From positions 11,966,001-12,030,000 of the forward strand of contig OX597836.1 in assembly GCA_951406725.2 (NCBI GenBank): a stretch of DNA of 64,000 bases. The letters are read 5' to 3'. Under the pieces are notes generated by a model. That model did no database searches and had not been told where the DNA came from. It worked only from the letters and a program-made list of their open reading frames with translations. Shown here piece by piece: positions 11,159 through 23,678 of the stretch (positions are counted from its first letter, which is position 1; each line of letters starts with the position of its first letter). The DNA comes from Octopus vulgaris. Lineage: Eukaryota. A program made the position numbers and the translations under genes.

Positions 11159-11436
11159 CTAGCTGGACCTGTGCCATCAGAAATGATGGCTAATTGTAGT
11201 ATTTTATATATAAATAAGATAGAAAGCCAAGTTTTTGTTTTAAAATAATGTTTCGGTCCTTGTTCCTGGAGTAGAAAATAATAATTCTTTTGTGTAAAAA
11301 ATCTATCCACGACTACCATCACTTGACTGCTCGTTTCCTTCAAAAGGATTTTAAAGTTTTCCTTCCTTCTTGTATGACTTAAGGCCACATAAAACTGGCC
11401 TTGATTAAATACGGGAGCTGGCAAGTGAATACCAAA
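11159..11436 (-). pseudogene. 3' remnant of an autonomous Helitron (RepHel PIF1-like helicase C-terminus plus 3' terminus)
   Basis: Minus strand encodes FGIHLPAPVFNQGQFYVALSHTRRKENFKIL (cf. PIF1/Helitron motif VI, PVFSHGQLYVALSR), followed by hairpin GCCATCA-TTTC-TGATGGC, 10 nt, then CTAG|T. Confidence 0.8.
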
Positions 11437-11694
11437 TACACACAGTTGAAACGCTGTTTCATTTTTCTTTTCAGCGTTGAATGTTCACTTCCTATGCATA
11501 CAAACACACACACACACACACAAACATTCGCATACCTCTCTTTTATAGACACACACATATACTAACAGGAAGTTGAAACGCTGTTTGATTTTTGTTTTTC
11601 ATTGAAGGATTTCCATCATTGTCACTACCAGTTTGGCATCACCCCTACCTTTCTCATATGTTGTGACGGAGAAAACCACAAGAGTATTATTATA

Positions 11695-11730
<36 letters not shown>

Positions 11731-11733
<3 letters not shown>

Positions 11734-12140
11734 CGCAGGAGTGGTTGTGTGGTAAGTAGCTTGTTTACCAACCACATGGTTCCGGGTTCATTCCCACTGC
11801 GTGGCACCTTGGGCAAGTGTCTTCTACTATAGCCTCAGGCTGACCAAAGCCTTGTGAGTGGATTTGGTAGACGGAAACTGAAAGAAGCCCGTCGTATATA
11901 TGTATATGTATATGCATGTGTGTGTTTGTGTGTCTGTGTTTGTCCCCTAGCATTGCTTGACAACCAATGCTGGTGTGTTTATGTCCCCGTTACTTAGCGG
12001 TTTGGCAAAAGAGACCGATAGAATAAGTACTAGGCTTACAAAAGAATAAGTCCCGGGGTCGAGTTGCTCGATTAAAGGCGGTGCTCCAGCATAGCCACAG
12101 TCAACTGACAGAAACAAGTAAAAGAGTTAAGAGTAAAGAG
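11731..12140 (+). mobile_element. SINE family A, full length
   Basis: aggcgcaggagtgg...aaacaagtaaaagag. Confidence 0.85.
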
Positions 12141-12244
12141 AAATATGTGGCAATTATTTGGTAGCCAGATAAATTCCTCTATTTACATAATATCGAGGTC
12201 TCTTCCATTCTTTTGTTGTCTTACCATTTCTATCAATATATATA

Positions 12245-12643
12245 TCTTTATATATAAAAGTGAGGTTGTGTGCTGTCTGTCTCCTACGATTTAGATTCCT
12301 AACTACTCCCACATTTTGCGGTGCAGTTTAACAAAAAGCGAGTATCTTATAGTCGTGATTCATATCGAGCCCTTCTGGGTATTAGCGCGCATCTATGATG
12401 AGTCTACGATTTAAAAAAAAAATTTACCATCATTTTTTCCCATTTTTAATGCATTTTTTTTGCAATTATATAAGGGAAGTAACTTGCGTCTATGATGAGT
12501 CTACAATTTAAAAAAAAAATTACCATAATTTTTCCACATTTTTAATGCATTTTCGCTCGGTTTATATCAGGAAGTAACTCTCTATAAATGCTTATATAGT
12601 TATTTCCCTTACAAACCCGAGCAACGCCGGGCGATACTGCTAG
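12245..12643 (+). mobile_element. Non-autonomous Helitron, different internal sequence, same 3' end
   Basis: TCTTTATATATAAAAG start; end cccgagcaacgccgggcgatactgCTAG; internal ~97-bp tandem duplication (12388-12580). Confidence 0.8.
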
Positions 12644-12984
12644 TATATATATATATATATCTATATATATGTATGTATGTATGTTTATAATTGTTAAACA
12701 CTAGGGCAATGCAAACATCCCAAGTTGTATACAATAATATTATCAGTAAAAGAATTTCAAAGTCTTGCAGCTGTTTCTTGCTAGCATGGGTTGGACGGTT
12801 CGACTGGGGTCTGGGGAACCAGGAGGCCGCACCAGGCCCAGTCAGATCTGGCTGTGTGTCTACAGCTGGATGCCCTTCCTAACGCCAACCACTCCGTGAG
12901 TGTAGTGGGTGCATTTTGCGCACCGCTTCATATATATATAATGGTGGTGGTATGGATTGTCTGTAAGATGTAAAGTTATAATAT

Positions 12985-13235
12985 GACTCTTTTACTCTTT
13001 TATACTTTCACCTGTTTCAGTCATTTGACTGTGGCCATGCTGGAGCACTGCCTTTCAGTCAATGAAATCAACCCCAGGACTTATTTTTTGCGAGCCTAGT
13101 ATTTATTCTATCGTTCTCTTTTGCCAAACCGCTAAGTTATGGGGGATGTAAACACACCAACACCAGTTGTCTTGTGATGGTGGTGGGGGTCAAACACAAA
13201 CATACACAAATTTACACACACACACACACACACAC

Positions 13236-13293
<58 letters not shown>

Positions 13294-13440
13294 GTATATA
13301 TATGATGGGCTTCTTTCAGTTTCTGTCTACCAAATCCACTCACAAGGCTTTGTTTGGTCCAAGACTATTGTAGAAGACACTTGCCCATGGTGCCCTGCAG
13401 TGGGACTGAACCTGGAACCATGTGGTTGGTAAGCAAGCTT
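12985..13440 (-). mobile_element. SINE family A
   Basis: Homologous to 617-1020. Confidence 0.8.
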
Positions 13441-13499
13441 GTAATATTTTGGAAAATAAGTTTGGCAATTTTCTTGTTGGTCTACATATACCATAGTAG

Positions 13500-15170
13500 G
13501 TAGTACCACCACTGCAACTAGTATTTGTACTACCACCACCACCACCACCATAACCACCGTCAGCACTACCATCGCCACCACCACCACCACCACCACCAAC
13601 ACCACCACCACCACTACCATACCCACAACCATTATCTCTACCAACACTACTACCACCACCATAACCACCGTCAGCACTACCACCGTCGCTGTCATCACTA
13701 TCAGCACCAGAATAAACGCCACTACCAATACAACCATCGTCACTCACCCATAACCACTTACCACTCCGTAACCCCCATTACCCACTTCTGCCACTATTAC
13801 CATTAGCCCCCCCTCCACCATCACCACCATACGCCATCTACTCTAAACACATATTAAGTGTTACTGTCCTCCTCTCCTCCTCCTCATCATCATCATAATC
13901 ATCATTGCCATCTTCATCTTCAGCATCATCTCCACCACCCACCACCACCACCACCACCACTGTAGCTGCTCCTACCACCAAAGCTACCACCTCCATCACA
14001 AAACACCATTAACACCGCCACCACCACTAGCTCTACGACTTTACCTCTAGCACCACCATCACCCCCCCCCCCAAAAAACCCCCCACCACCACCAACGTCA
14101 CCCCCAAAAAGAACCACCATCATCACCACCACCACCAACGTCACAGCACCCCCCCCCCAAAAAAGAACCACCACCACCACTACCACTACCACACCATTGA
14201 GGCCGCTGCCACCACCATCAACACCATCACCACCACCACTAACGTCACAGCACCCCCCCCCCCCCCCCAAAAAAAAACCCCCACCACCACCGCCAAAGTC
14301 TCAGCACTGAGGCCGCTACCCCCCACAAAAAAAAACAACCACTGTCACCACCCCCGCCACCAACCCTGTGTCGTCACCCACACCGTCAATAACTCATCAA
14401 CACGTCACCAACATTACCTTTAACCACTCGGCTATCATCACCATCACCATCATCATCACCATCACCATCACCATCAACACATGAACATGTCGCCGCCACC
14501 GCTACCATTGCCAGCATCATACAGGGAGTCATTACTATCACCACCACCACCACCACCACCACTACCACCACCACCACCATCATCATCACTACAACACGGT
14601 CGTCGGTCACCGGGACCACAGCACGACCAACACCACCACCACCATTACCACCGGCAACTCCGCTGCCGCCTTCACCACCGCTGCCGCCTTTACCACCGCT
14701 GCCGCCTTCACCGCCGCCGCCTTCACCGCCGCCGCCTTCACCGCCGCCGCCACCACGTTCACCTTCAATTGATCAACACGTCTCTGCCGCCACCACCACC
14801 ATCACCACCACCACCACCACGACACGGTCACTACTCACCGTCCTCAACTTCGCCGTCACCATAGCACAATCATCAACAGTTATTCATCACCGCCGCCGCC
14901 GCTATCACCACCATCACCACCACCACCACCACCGTCACTATCACCAACACCATCACCGCCGCCACCACTACAGCACGCGTCGTCGTCTCCGCTGTGATCG
15001 CCATCATCATCACCGCCCTTCCACCACCACTAGCACCACCACCACAAAGCAACTATTATCAACACACCCACTCCCGTCACGCTACCAATCACCGCCACCG
15101 TCTCCGCCTCCGCCACCACAATGACACAGATACCCCCACCTCCACCATCATCACTACCCTGTAATACCAC
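13500..15170. repeat. Degenerate (ACC/CAC/GCC)n low-complexity tract
   Basis: Direct observation; C-rich on the + strand. Confidence 0.9.
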
Positions 15171-15380
15171 TTGTTTACTCCCACTACCCTTCCTACGTCT
15201 CCTTCAGACCCTTTTCTTTTTTTTCCTTTTCTTACTTTTCTTCCTTACTTTCTGCCTTTCCTGTCTTTTTTCGTCCTTACTTTCTTTAACTTTTCTTTCT
15301 TTCTACCTCTCTTCCTCCCATTCTTTTCGTCCTTTCTTTTCTTCCGTTTTCTTTCCATTTTCTCTCCTTATTTCTTCCTC

Positions 15381-15473
<93 letters not shown>

Positions 15474-15580
15474 GCCCTTTTGATCGGAAATTTATTTTCT
15501 CCTTTTTTTTCTCGAAAAGAAAAGCTCTACATTGTATTTTGTCCCCTCCGTGTTCGGCCCTGTGTGGTTAATAAAGTTTA
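15474..15580 (+). mobile_element. LINE-like 3' end within (TATC)n
   Basis: Homologous to 59938-60050; ends ttgtcccctccgtgttcggccctgtgtggttAATAAAg, then (TATC)n. Confidence 0.55.
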
Positions 15581-15600
15581 TCTATCCCTCTATCTATCTG

Positions 15601-15635
<35 letters not shown>

Positions 15636-15695
15636 GTCTCTCTATCTATCTATCTATCTATCTATCTGTCTCTCTATCTATCTATTTATCTATAT

Positions 15696-15735
<40 letters not shown>

Positions 15736-15939
15736 ATCTATCTTTCTATCTATTGCCTATCTGTGTACGTACGTATCTATCCCTTCCTTCCATTTCACTT
15801 CACTTTCTTCCCACACCATCACCTTCCACCACCACCTCACCCGTTCACACCTTATTCTTCTCCTTCCTCCTTCTTCTTTCATCTCCTCCTTTCTTCTTCT
15901 TCCTTCCTTCCTTCTTCCTTCTTCTTTCATTCATCACTT

Positions 15940-16200
15940 TACAACGTGCGCGCGCTCGCTCTCTCTCTCTCTCTCTCTCAGCTTCGCTCGCTTCTCAGCT
16001 TCGCTCGTAACACTCCGGCAAAACCCGTCACATTCCGCACGCGCGCGCGAGCCTCCCTCCCTCCCCACCACCACCACCACCACCACCAGCTCGTTGTTCG
16101 ACAACGACGACCACGACTACGACTACCACGACGAAGACCGCTTCACTCATAGACAACAACCAACAAACTCGAGTCTGGCACATGTTTGGCATTTAATAAT
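15940..16200 (+). promoter_or_regulatory. Candidate CpG-rich promoter/TSS region of EXT1
   Basis: Local CpG cluster (gtgcgcgcgctcgct, ccgcacgcgcgcgcgagcc) with (CT)n/GAGA-type tracts ~1 kb upstream of the ATG, in a stretch lacking SINEs. Function is inferred. Confidence 0.4.
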
Positions 16201-16834
16201 GGCCGCTTCTCTGTCGAAGGAGTGAAATCAACATCTCCAAACCTCTCAAACCTCTCAATACAGACCAGCTGGACCACAAAAAAAAGCAATCACAGAAAAA
16301 AACCAAACAAACCTACAACGATACACACGTACTCCTGTTGTCATATAACCATCACTTCGCTTCTAGCACATATATTACTACCACCACCAAACAGAGCTGT
16401 TGGTATTACTACTATTGTTACCATTATTACTATTACCATTATTATTATTATTTGCTAAAACTACATTTTACTTCTTGCCATGTGAATCACCAAAGGATAT
16501 TTCATATTTTATAATACACCCCCGAATCACTTAAGTTCACTTTTGTTTTTCTTTACACTTAAAAAAAGCCTGTCACAACTTCTCCCTTACATTTAAAAAA
16601 TTTTTTTTCCTCCTCCCCTCTTTGCTTTTTGGTCGCCGTTTTATTAATTGCTTGATATAATATAATAATAATTAATAATAATTATAATAATAATTATTGT
16701 TATTGTATAGTAATTTATTGGCTAAGTGATAGCAATCATTATTGTTGTTATCGATTAGCACACACACCCACACACACTCATACACAAAAAAATTCCCGGC
16801 CTTGTGCTTATAAAGGAAAGGATCATTATTAATA

Positions 16835-16869
<35 letters not shown>

Positions 16870-17130
16870 TAAAAGAAATCATTTATTATCATTATTATTA
16901 TTGTTGTTGTTGGTTGTCAACGCCGAAACTGGATTACACTATGTCGGATAAGAAAAAAGAGAGTTTTGTGTGAACACAAAACACCAACAACAATATCAAC
17001 AACCTACAGCATATATAAATATATATATATGTGAAGAAAAAGGAACGAAAGAAGATCGAAAAACAAAATAGTAACAACAGAATTTTGTTTAAAAATATGA
17101 AGGAATGTTGTGGATAAGGATAATTAATCG

Positions 17131-18077
17131 ATGCAGGCCAAAAAGCGCTACTTTATAGTGACTACATTTGGAATTGCACTTATTCTCATATTTGGATTTC
17201 TCAAGGATCATCATGGCGATATCTCCCTGTTACAAGGGAGAGAAAGTGCTAAGATCCGCTCTTTCATGGACGAGGACGATGATAAATTCGACGAAGATTT
17301 GCACATATCGGCCAAACAGCGACGGACACACAAGTCCTCGTTGTTCAACAGACCACAGATTAAGGGTAAATACCAACAACATAACAACGCCTTCTTTAAT
17401 AAAGACTGTCGGATGGGAACATGTTTTAATTTTAGTCGCTGCAAAGTGCATGGATTTCGCGTATACATATACCCCGAACTTGAAAGGGTGTCGAGCACTT
17501 ACAGCAAAATTCTTACTGTCATACGAGAATCTAGGTACTATACGCCGGACCCGGCTAAAGCATGCATATTTGTGCTATCTATGGACACTTTGGACCGTGA
17601 TGTTCTAAGCCGGGATTATGTTAAGGACGTACAAGGGAAACTAAACAAACTGGATCTTTGGAATAATGGACAGAACCACATCATATTTAACCTTTATTCA
17701 GGGACTTGGCCTGACTATGCCGAGGACTTAGGGTTTGATATTGGACAGGCGATGTTGGCCAAAGCTAGTATATCGAGGTCCAATTTTCGAACGGGTTTCG
17801 ATGTGTCTATTCCGTTATTTGCTAAGGATCACCCCTTGAAAGGTGGAGAGCCTGGATATCTCCATGTTGCGTCCAACAGTATCCCGTCGACACGACAGTA
17901 TATTTTATCTTTTAAAGGGAAACGTTATGTCATTGGTATCGGATCTGAGACTCGGAATTCCTTATATCATATTCATAATGGTAGGGACATCGTATTGTTT
18001 ACCACATGTAAACACGGAAAAGACTGGCAGAACTGGAAAGATGCACGTTGCGAAAAGGATAATGCAGAGTTTGACAG
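17131..18077 (+). CDS. EXT1: Exostosin-1 (heparan sulfate polymerase, GT47 domain), first coding exon (315 codons + 2 nt); partial gene
   Basis: ORF begins MQAKKRYF followed by a hydrophobic signal anchor, as in human EXT1. It contains EXT1 motifs CRMGTCFNFSRC, SRYYTPDPAKAC, DTLDRD, LWNNGQNHIIFNLYSGTWPDY, LGFDIGQAMLAKAS, FKGKRY, GIGSETRNSLYHIHNG and TTCKHGKDW. It ends DNAEFD-AG|GTAAGG; the ORF-track TAA is inside the donor site. Confidence 0.96.
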
Positions 18078-19092
18078 GTAAGGCCTTTTTGACTACCTGT
18101 GTTTTTTTATTTTATTTCTACAAATGTTTTTTTTTTTAGTCAAAGCCTTTATTCATTTAAACACACAAAGCAGGTAAAAAATAAAAATGTCTTGCATTGC
18201 TATCACCTATATACATACATTTACGGGTAGGTATATATATCTATATATATAGCTACATATATAAACCGATGTAGTGTATATACACCCCTATAACTAAAAG
18301 GTTACTACTATTTAAAAGCTAACATTTAGAAACTTGGAGCTTTCCCCTCAAGGTACCCCGGGTTATTTTATTGCTACACATCTCAGAATTTCCAGTAAAA
18401 TTCTAATGAATGGTTTTTTTCCTCCTCATTTTTCGAAATTCTTCACTTTTTTCATCATTTTCTTGTATTTTGTCCTGGGTTTTTCATAAAATCTGAATCT
18501 GTTTCATGTAACGAAACGAACTCCTTTTACTAATACTTTAATAAATTACTACTGCGGTTGTCAAGGTTTTTGTTTTTAATTAATTAATTAATCATCTGTT
18601 ATTTTTGGTTTTGTTTCTGTATTATTACCTTGAGTTTTAGCCTATTTAATATTCTGGAATTTCTGTGTTTACATCTTCGTCAATATTTACATCAGGTGTA
18701 AAATATTTTCGACTACCGAACGAAGATAACCTCGTTTACTACTAGACTCAGGGTTTTATGGAAAACATGGATTGTGCATCACAGACGGAACGTCGTACAA
18801 CAACGAAGAAAACATCTTCAGTGAAAATTAACCCAGTAATTTCTGTATGGCAATAATAATGACGGACGATATAATAATAATATTATTAATATTAATAATA
18901 ATTAGTTCAGTAATTATGATCGTCATGGTCTCTATATTTTTAGCACAAGTGCAGAATATCATCCTTTTGTAAAGCAATGATAAAACAGAGCTATAATTAT
19001 TCATATATACATTTGTATGTTTTACATATGAATTCTATACAAGTAAACATCAAATTTTGTATACCAAAACACATTTCACTGTAGCAGTACAT

Positions 19093-19124
<32 letters not shown>

Positions 19125-19675
19125 TATATATGTGTGTGTATATATTTGTATATACGGGTGTATGTGTGTAGCCAAATATGAATAAGAAATAGGTTCTTAG
19201 CTAAAAGGGGGTAGTTAATTATAAAATGATAGTTTTTGTGGCTTTAATTTACTGTTAAACTTTCAATTAATTGTCGATATTAATTGTTGCCAAAATAAAC
19301 AACTTGGTATTAATAATTACAGTTCAAAAAATTTCACTGTCGCCGCCTTGTTTTCTATTTTTTTTTTTTTATCCGCAGTCAATTTACTTGTATTTATTTT
19401 AAAACCGAGATGAAAAGCAAGTGCTTTATTTAATTTCTTACAAACATTGTTCTTTGAAATTAATTAAGGAACCCTTCCTTGCGTTTAAGTAATTGTTTAG
19501 TTATTTATAATTATAATCATTATTATTATTATTAGATGTTAATTCTTAGATCTTAAATGCGAAATTATTAACTTTTCCGGAAAGGGTACATAAATGTTTT
19601 TATTTGACCCTTTCTATCAAAAATAAGGACACGAAAAAAGTATGGCTTGCGCTTTGTCTTAAATATATATGTCTA

Positions 19676-19715
<40 letters not shown>

Positions 19716-19761
19716 TGTGTGTGTATATATATCTGTATGTCTGTATACACACACATTATGT

Positions 19762-19804
<43 letters not shown>

Positions 19805-20270
19805 TTTCTGGATGTCTCCTCTTTCTAAACGTTCGGCATCTACCCCTGTATTTTAGGGTTAAATTCTTTGGGTGTAAACACTACTCGCTTCTCGTACATG
19901 TATATAATACGCGGCTACCTTGATCAGTGACTTAGTAGAGAGAAGGGCTTGTGTGTATATATGTGTTTGTGCATGTGATTTGAGGGAGGTGTGTTCGCTA
20001 TTTCTTGCAGGTTGCGTATGAGCAACCGCGTCGACTTGACGAGAATAGCTTGTCTTCAAAATGTTATCACACGGTCAACGTGTGTGTGTATGTGTGTGTA
20101 AGTCAGTGCGTGTGGACGAAACGAAGGGATGGTCACGCCTGGCGTTCTTTTGATCATAAACCTGGGTGAATAAACAAGTCACTAGTTTCTCACGCACAGG
20201 TGATACGCAGTACTGCCTACTCTTGAATATATACTATATATACATCTCTCTCTCTCTATCTATCTATCTA

Positions 20271-20301
<31 letters not shown>

Positions 20302-20304
20302 CTA

Positions 20305-20337
<33 letters not shown>

Positions 20338-21199
20338 ATGTCTATCTGTCTACATGTGTGTATGTATATCTTTGTACGCACACATAAAATGCATACTCCC
20401 TACTCAAAAACATACATCACTCACACATACATACATAATACATACTTCTAACGCACATATACACCATGCTCTTTACATTCACACACACACACATGATTCT
20501 TCTTACACAGATTAAACACATCATCAACATGCATACACATATACAACACATACACACACATAATACATGTAACACACAAACATAACATTTCATAAAAACA
20601 CACACACATAACATCTCATATATATAACATCTCTCTCTCCACACACACATGTATATAGCAGTGTACGTACACTTTGCTCACCTATATATATATATGTGTG
20701 TGTTTGTGTGTAATCATAAGATATACACTTCCTACACAAATATGCATCACTGCTATATATATATATATATGTTTATATATACACACACACTTAAATGACA
20801 CTTATTTTGCACACACATGAAACGTACATCATTCTTCTATACATGCATAAACACACACATACACACAAACACACACTACCTACACATAACATACAACACT
20901 TCAATATACACACACAGACACACACACAAACATCCTCTTACCGGAAACTGCTTGCTTTCTGACTGATTTTAAAGTGGGGGATTGTATTTTTTTGTGGTCA
21001 TACAAGAGTCGGTTATTTATATCTTCCTTGCTTCCCCCTATTAAACTGGGATTGCCTTTCTTTTCTTCTTCTTCTCAGCAAGCACCTTATCCCTGTGGTA
21101 CCTTACAAACAGACTCTGATTTGGGGTACGTTAAACGCTGATTGATTTTAGGCGGGCATCTTACAGATTCTGGGTTTCTTTACATTTTATCACTCATCA

Positions 21200-21268
<69 letters not shown>

Positions 21269-21295
21269 GTGTGTATTTGTATTGTGTGAGCATGC

Positions 21296-21333
<38 letters not shown>

Positions 21334-22381
21334 CCTTCATATATACGCTACTTTCGCATTATACTGCCTCTTCATAAACATACTACTCTCTCTCTCACAC
21401 ACACATATATATGTATACACATACGCATATAGATATGTGTGTATACACACGCATGATGTATATATATATATATACATACATACACGTATGTAAATACACA
21501 GACATGAATATATGTCAAAGTGTATGTATTTAACAAATGCATGTACCTACACATGCATGAGTGTATATATATATATTATCACATACACACGCGTATATAT
21601 GCACTGATTTATATAAACACACACACACAGATGTGTATATATTCTATTCCTGTAATGTGTTACAGGAACGTAAACAAACCAACTACGGTTGTCAAAGATT
21701 CACACGCATGTAAGCTATCTATATGCGTAGGTGATACATATGCATGTATATCTATATGCGTATGTGTATACATATGCATGTGTGTGTATGCGTGTGAGTA
21801 TATACATAAAACTCACACAAGCATATCCTTATAATTTTACACACACACACTAAGGCCCCATGTAAACACAAGGAATAATCCCCGTTAATCGGGTTTCCAA
21901 TCTCTATTGCACATGTAGATCCCTATATTGTGTTTATATTTATCATGTAGAATGCAACCCCACCCCCGACTACCTCAGGTATTTCCTTACATTCATCCAT
22001 CTCGTTGTCATAACTAGCATCACCATACTCTCTCTCTCTCTATCTGCGCAGGCGTGGCTGTGTGGTAAGACGTTTGGCTTCCCAGCAACACGTTTTCGGG
22101 TTCGTTCCTCCCATGTGGGTACTTGACCAAGTGTCTTCTTCTACCATATAACTCTGGGCCGACCAAACACTTATCAGCGGATTATGGTCGACGGAAACGG
22201 AAAGTCGCCCGTCCGTACAAATGCGTATAGCTTACATGCGTGTGAATATTTTGACAACCGTAGTTGGTTTGTTTACGTTCCCGTAACAAATTACAAGAAT
22301 AAAATATATATACACGTGTGTGTGTGTTTATATAAATCAGTGCTTCTAAGTCTTTCCAACTGAGTAGAATATACTTCGATG

Positions 22382-22410
22382 ATGATGAGGTCTAATACGA
22401 TCGAAACGTG
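22382..22410 (+). ncRNA. Degenerate hammerhead core
   Basis: AUGAUGA-GGUC-UAAUAC-GAUC-GAAA-CGUG; C3 and H17 are non-canonical and stem I is not evident. Confidence 0.35.
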
Positions 22411-22815
22411 CCCCTTTACTGTCACCAGTTGACTTAAAGACCACCCAGGTTCGCTCTTACGGTTGTCTACATTATCTAAAATAGCTTTACATCAAATGGT
22501 TTCTATCTCTGCTTGTTTTGAAATTTTAAACACTCCTGGTGGGAGTTTTTATGTACTAATCGCGTGGATATTCTCACGAGCTAGGTTCTATTTGTGAAGT
22601 CGCTAAATGTCAGTCCCAAATACACACACGATGTGTGTTTAATATATAGGCATTCCTATACAATAGCGTCGGAAATTACCCAGCCACTCAGTTACTATGG
22701 ACAGGTTTAAACAAACTTTGCGTGTATGTGTACACCCACATATATCTGTTTGTGTGTGTGTGTGTGTGTGGTTTAGCCCAAGTCCGTTTCGATGGTGCAG
22801 TCATACCATCAAAAG

Positions 22816-22886
22816 AGTTAAATTTAAGAAAGGTTTTGGTATTTTTAGCAATTTCAATACACGTTAAGAGACTCCTTGTTAGTTCA

Positions 22887-22935
<49 letters not shown>

Positions 22936-23190
22936 CATACACATTCACTGCTGTCTGTATGCAAGCGTGAACATTGCATATGATGTGTGTGTATGTATAT
23001 ATTTTTGTGCATATGTGTATATATATGCTACATTGTCAATTGTGTACTTTCTCAAAATAATGGTTGAGTTAAATTTAAGAGAGGTTTTGGTATTTTTAGC
23101 AATTTCAATACACCTTAAGGGACTCCTTGTTAGTTCAACATATATATATATATATATACACATACATACATACTCATTCACTGCTGCCTA
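22816..23190. repeat. Local direct duplication (~130 bp x2, ~250 bp apart)
   Basis: gagttaaatttaaga..ggttttggtatttttagcaatttcaatacac..gactccttgttagttcaa at 22816 and 23066. Confidence 0.8.
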
Positions 23191-23547
23191 TGCATCTATA
23201 TATACATATAAATATATATATATATATACACATACACACGCTCACTTATCTTCTGAAGGCTAGATCACATTTATATAACGGTTCTCTCTTAGAATCGTGA
23301 GGGTTTCTGTAAACCCAAATAACAGGGCATTCTTGAGACATTTCCCTACATCCACCTCGATCAGCTACGGACTTCTCTTGTTGTTCTCTGTGTATACACC
23401 TTCCAACATGTATATATAATCATCTCAAATTCGTTTATGTGTTTCTGTAAGATCGACACAGGTCATTCCATGACTGCATAAAATGTATGTGTGTCTATAT
23501 ACATACACACACGTACTTTGAATAGCTGTACATCGTCTGTGTATATA

Positions 23548-23678
23548 CAGGGTGTCCCAAAAAAATGTATACACATAGTGGTTCGGCAAAACGGAACGAT
23601 AGAATAAGTACTAGGCTTACAAAGAATAACAAATTTACAATTATATAAGGTGTGTATACATTTTTTTTGGACACCCTG
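23548..23678. mobile_element. Tc1/mariner-type MITE
   Basis: 28-bp TIRs cagggtgtcc(c/a)aaaaaaatgtatacaca (27/28 identical), flanked by TA. Confidence 0.8.

Noticed and set aside
13327-14864. Gly-rich, His-rich or Pro-rich ORFs resembling structural proteins
   Set aside because: Open in several frames on both strands because of (ACC)n repeats; no splice or homology support.
17168-18139. Alternative-frame and antisense ORFs overlapping EXT1 exon 1
   Set aside because: Shadow ORFs of the real exon, with no recognisable homology.
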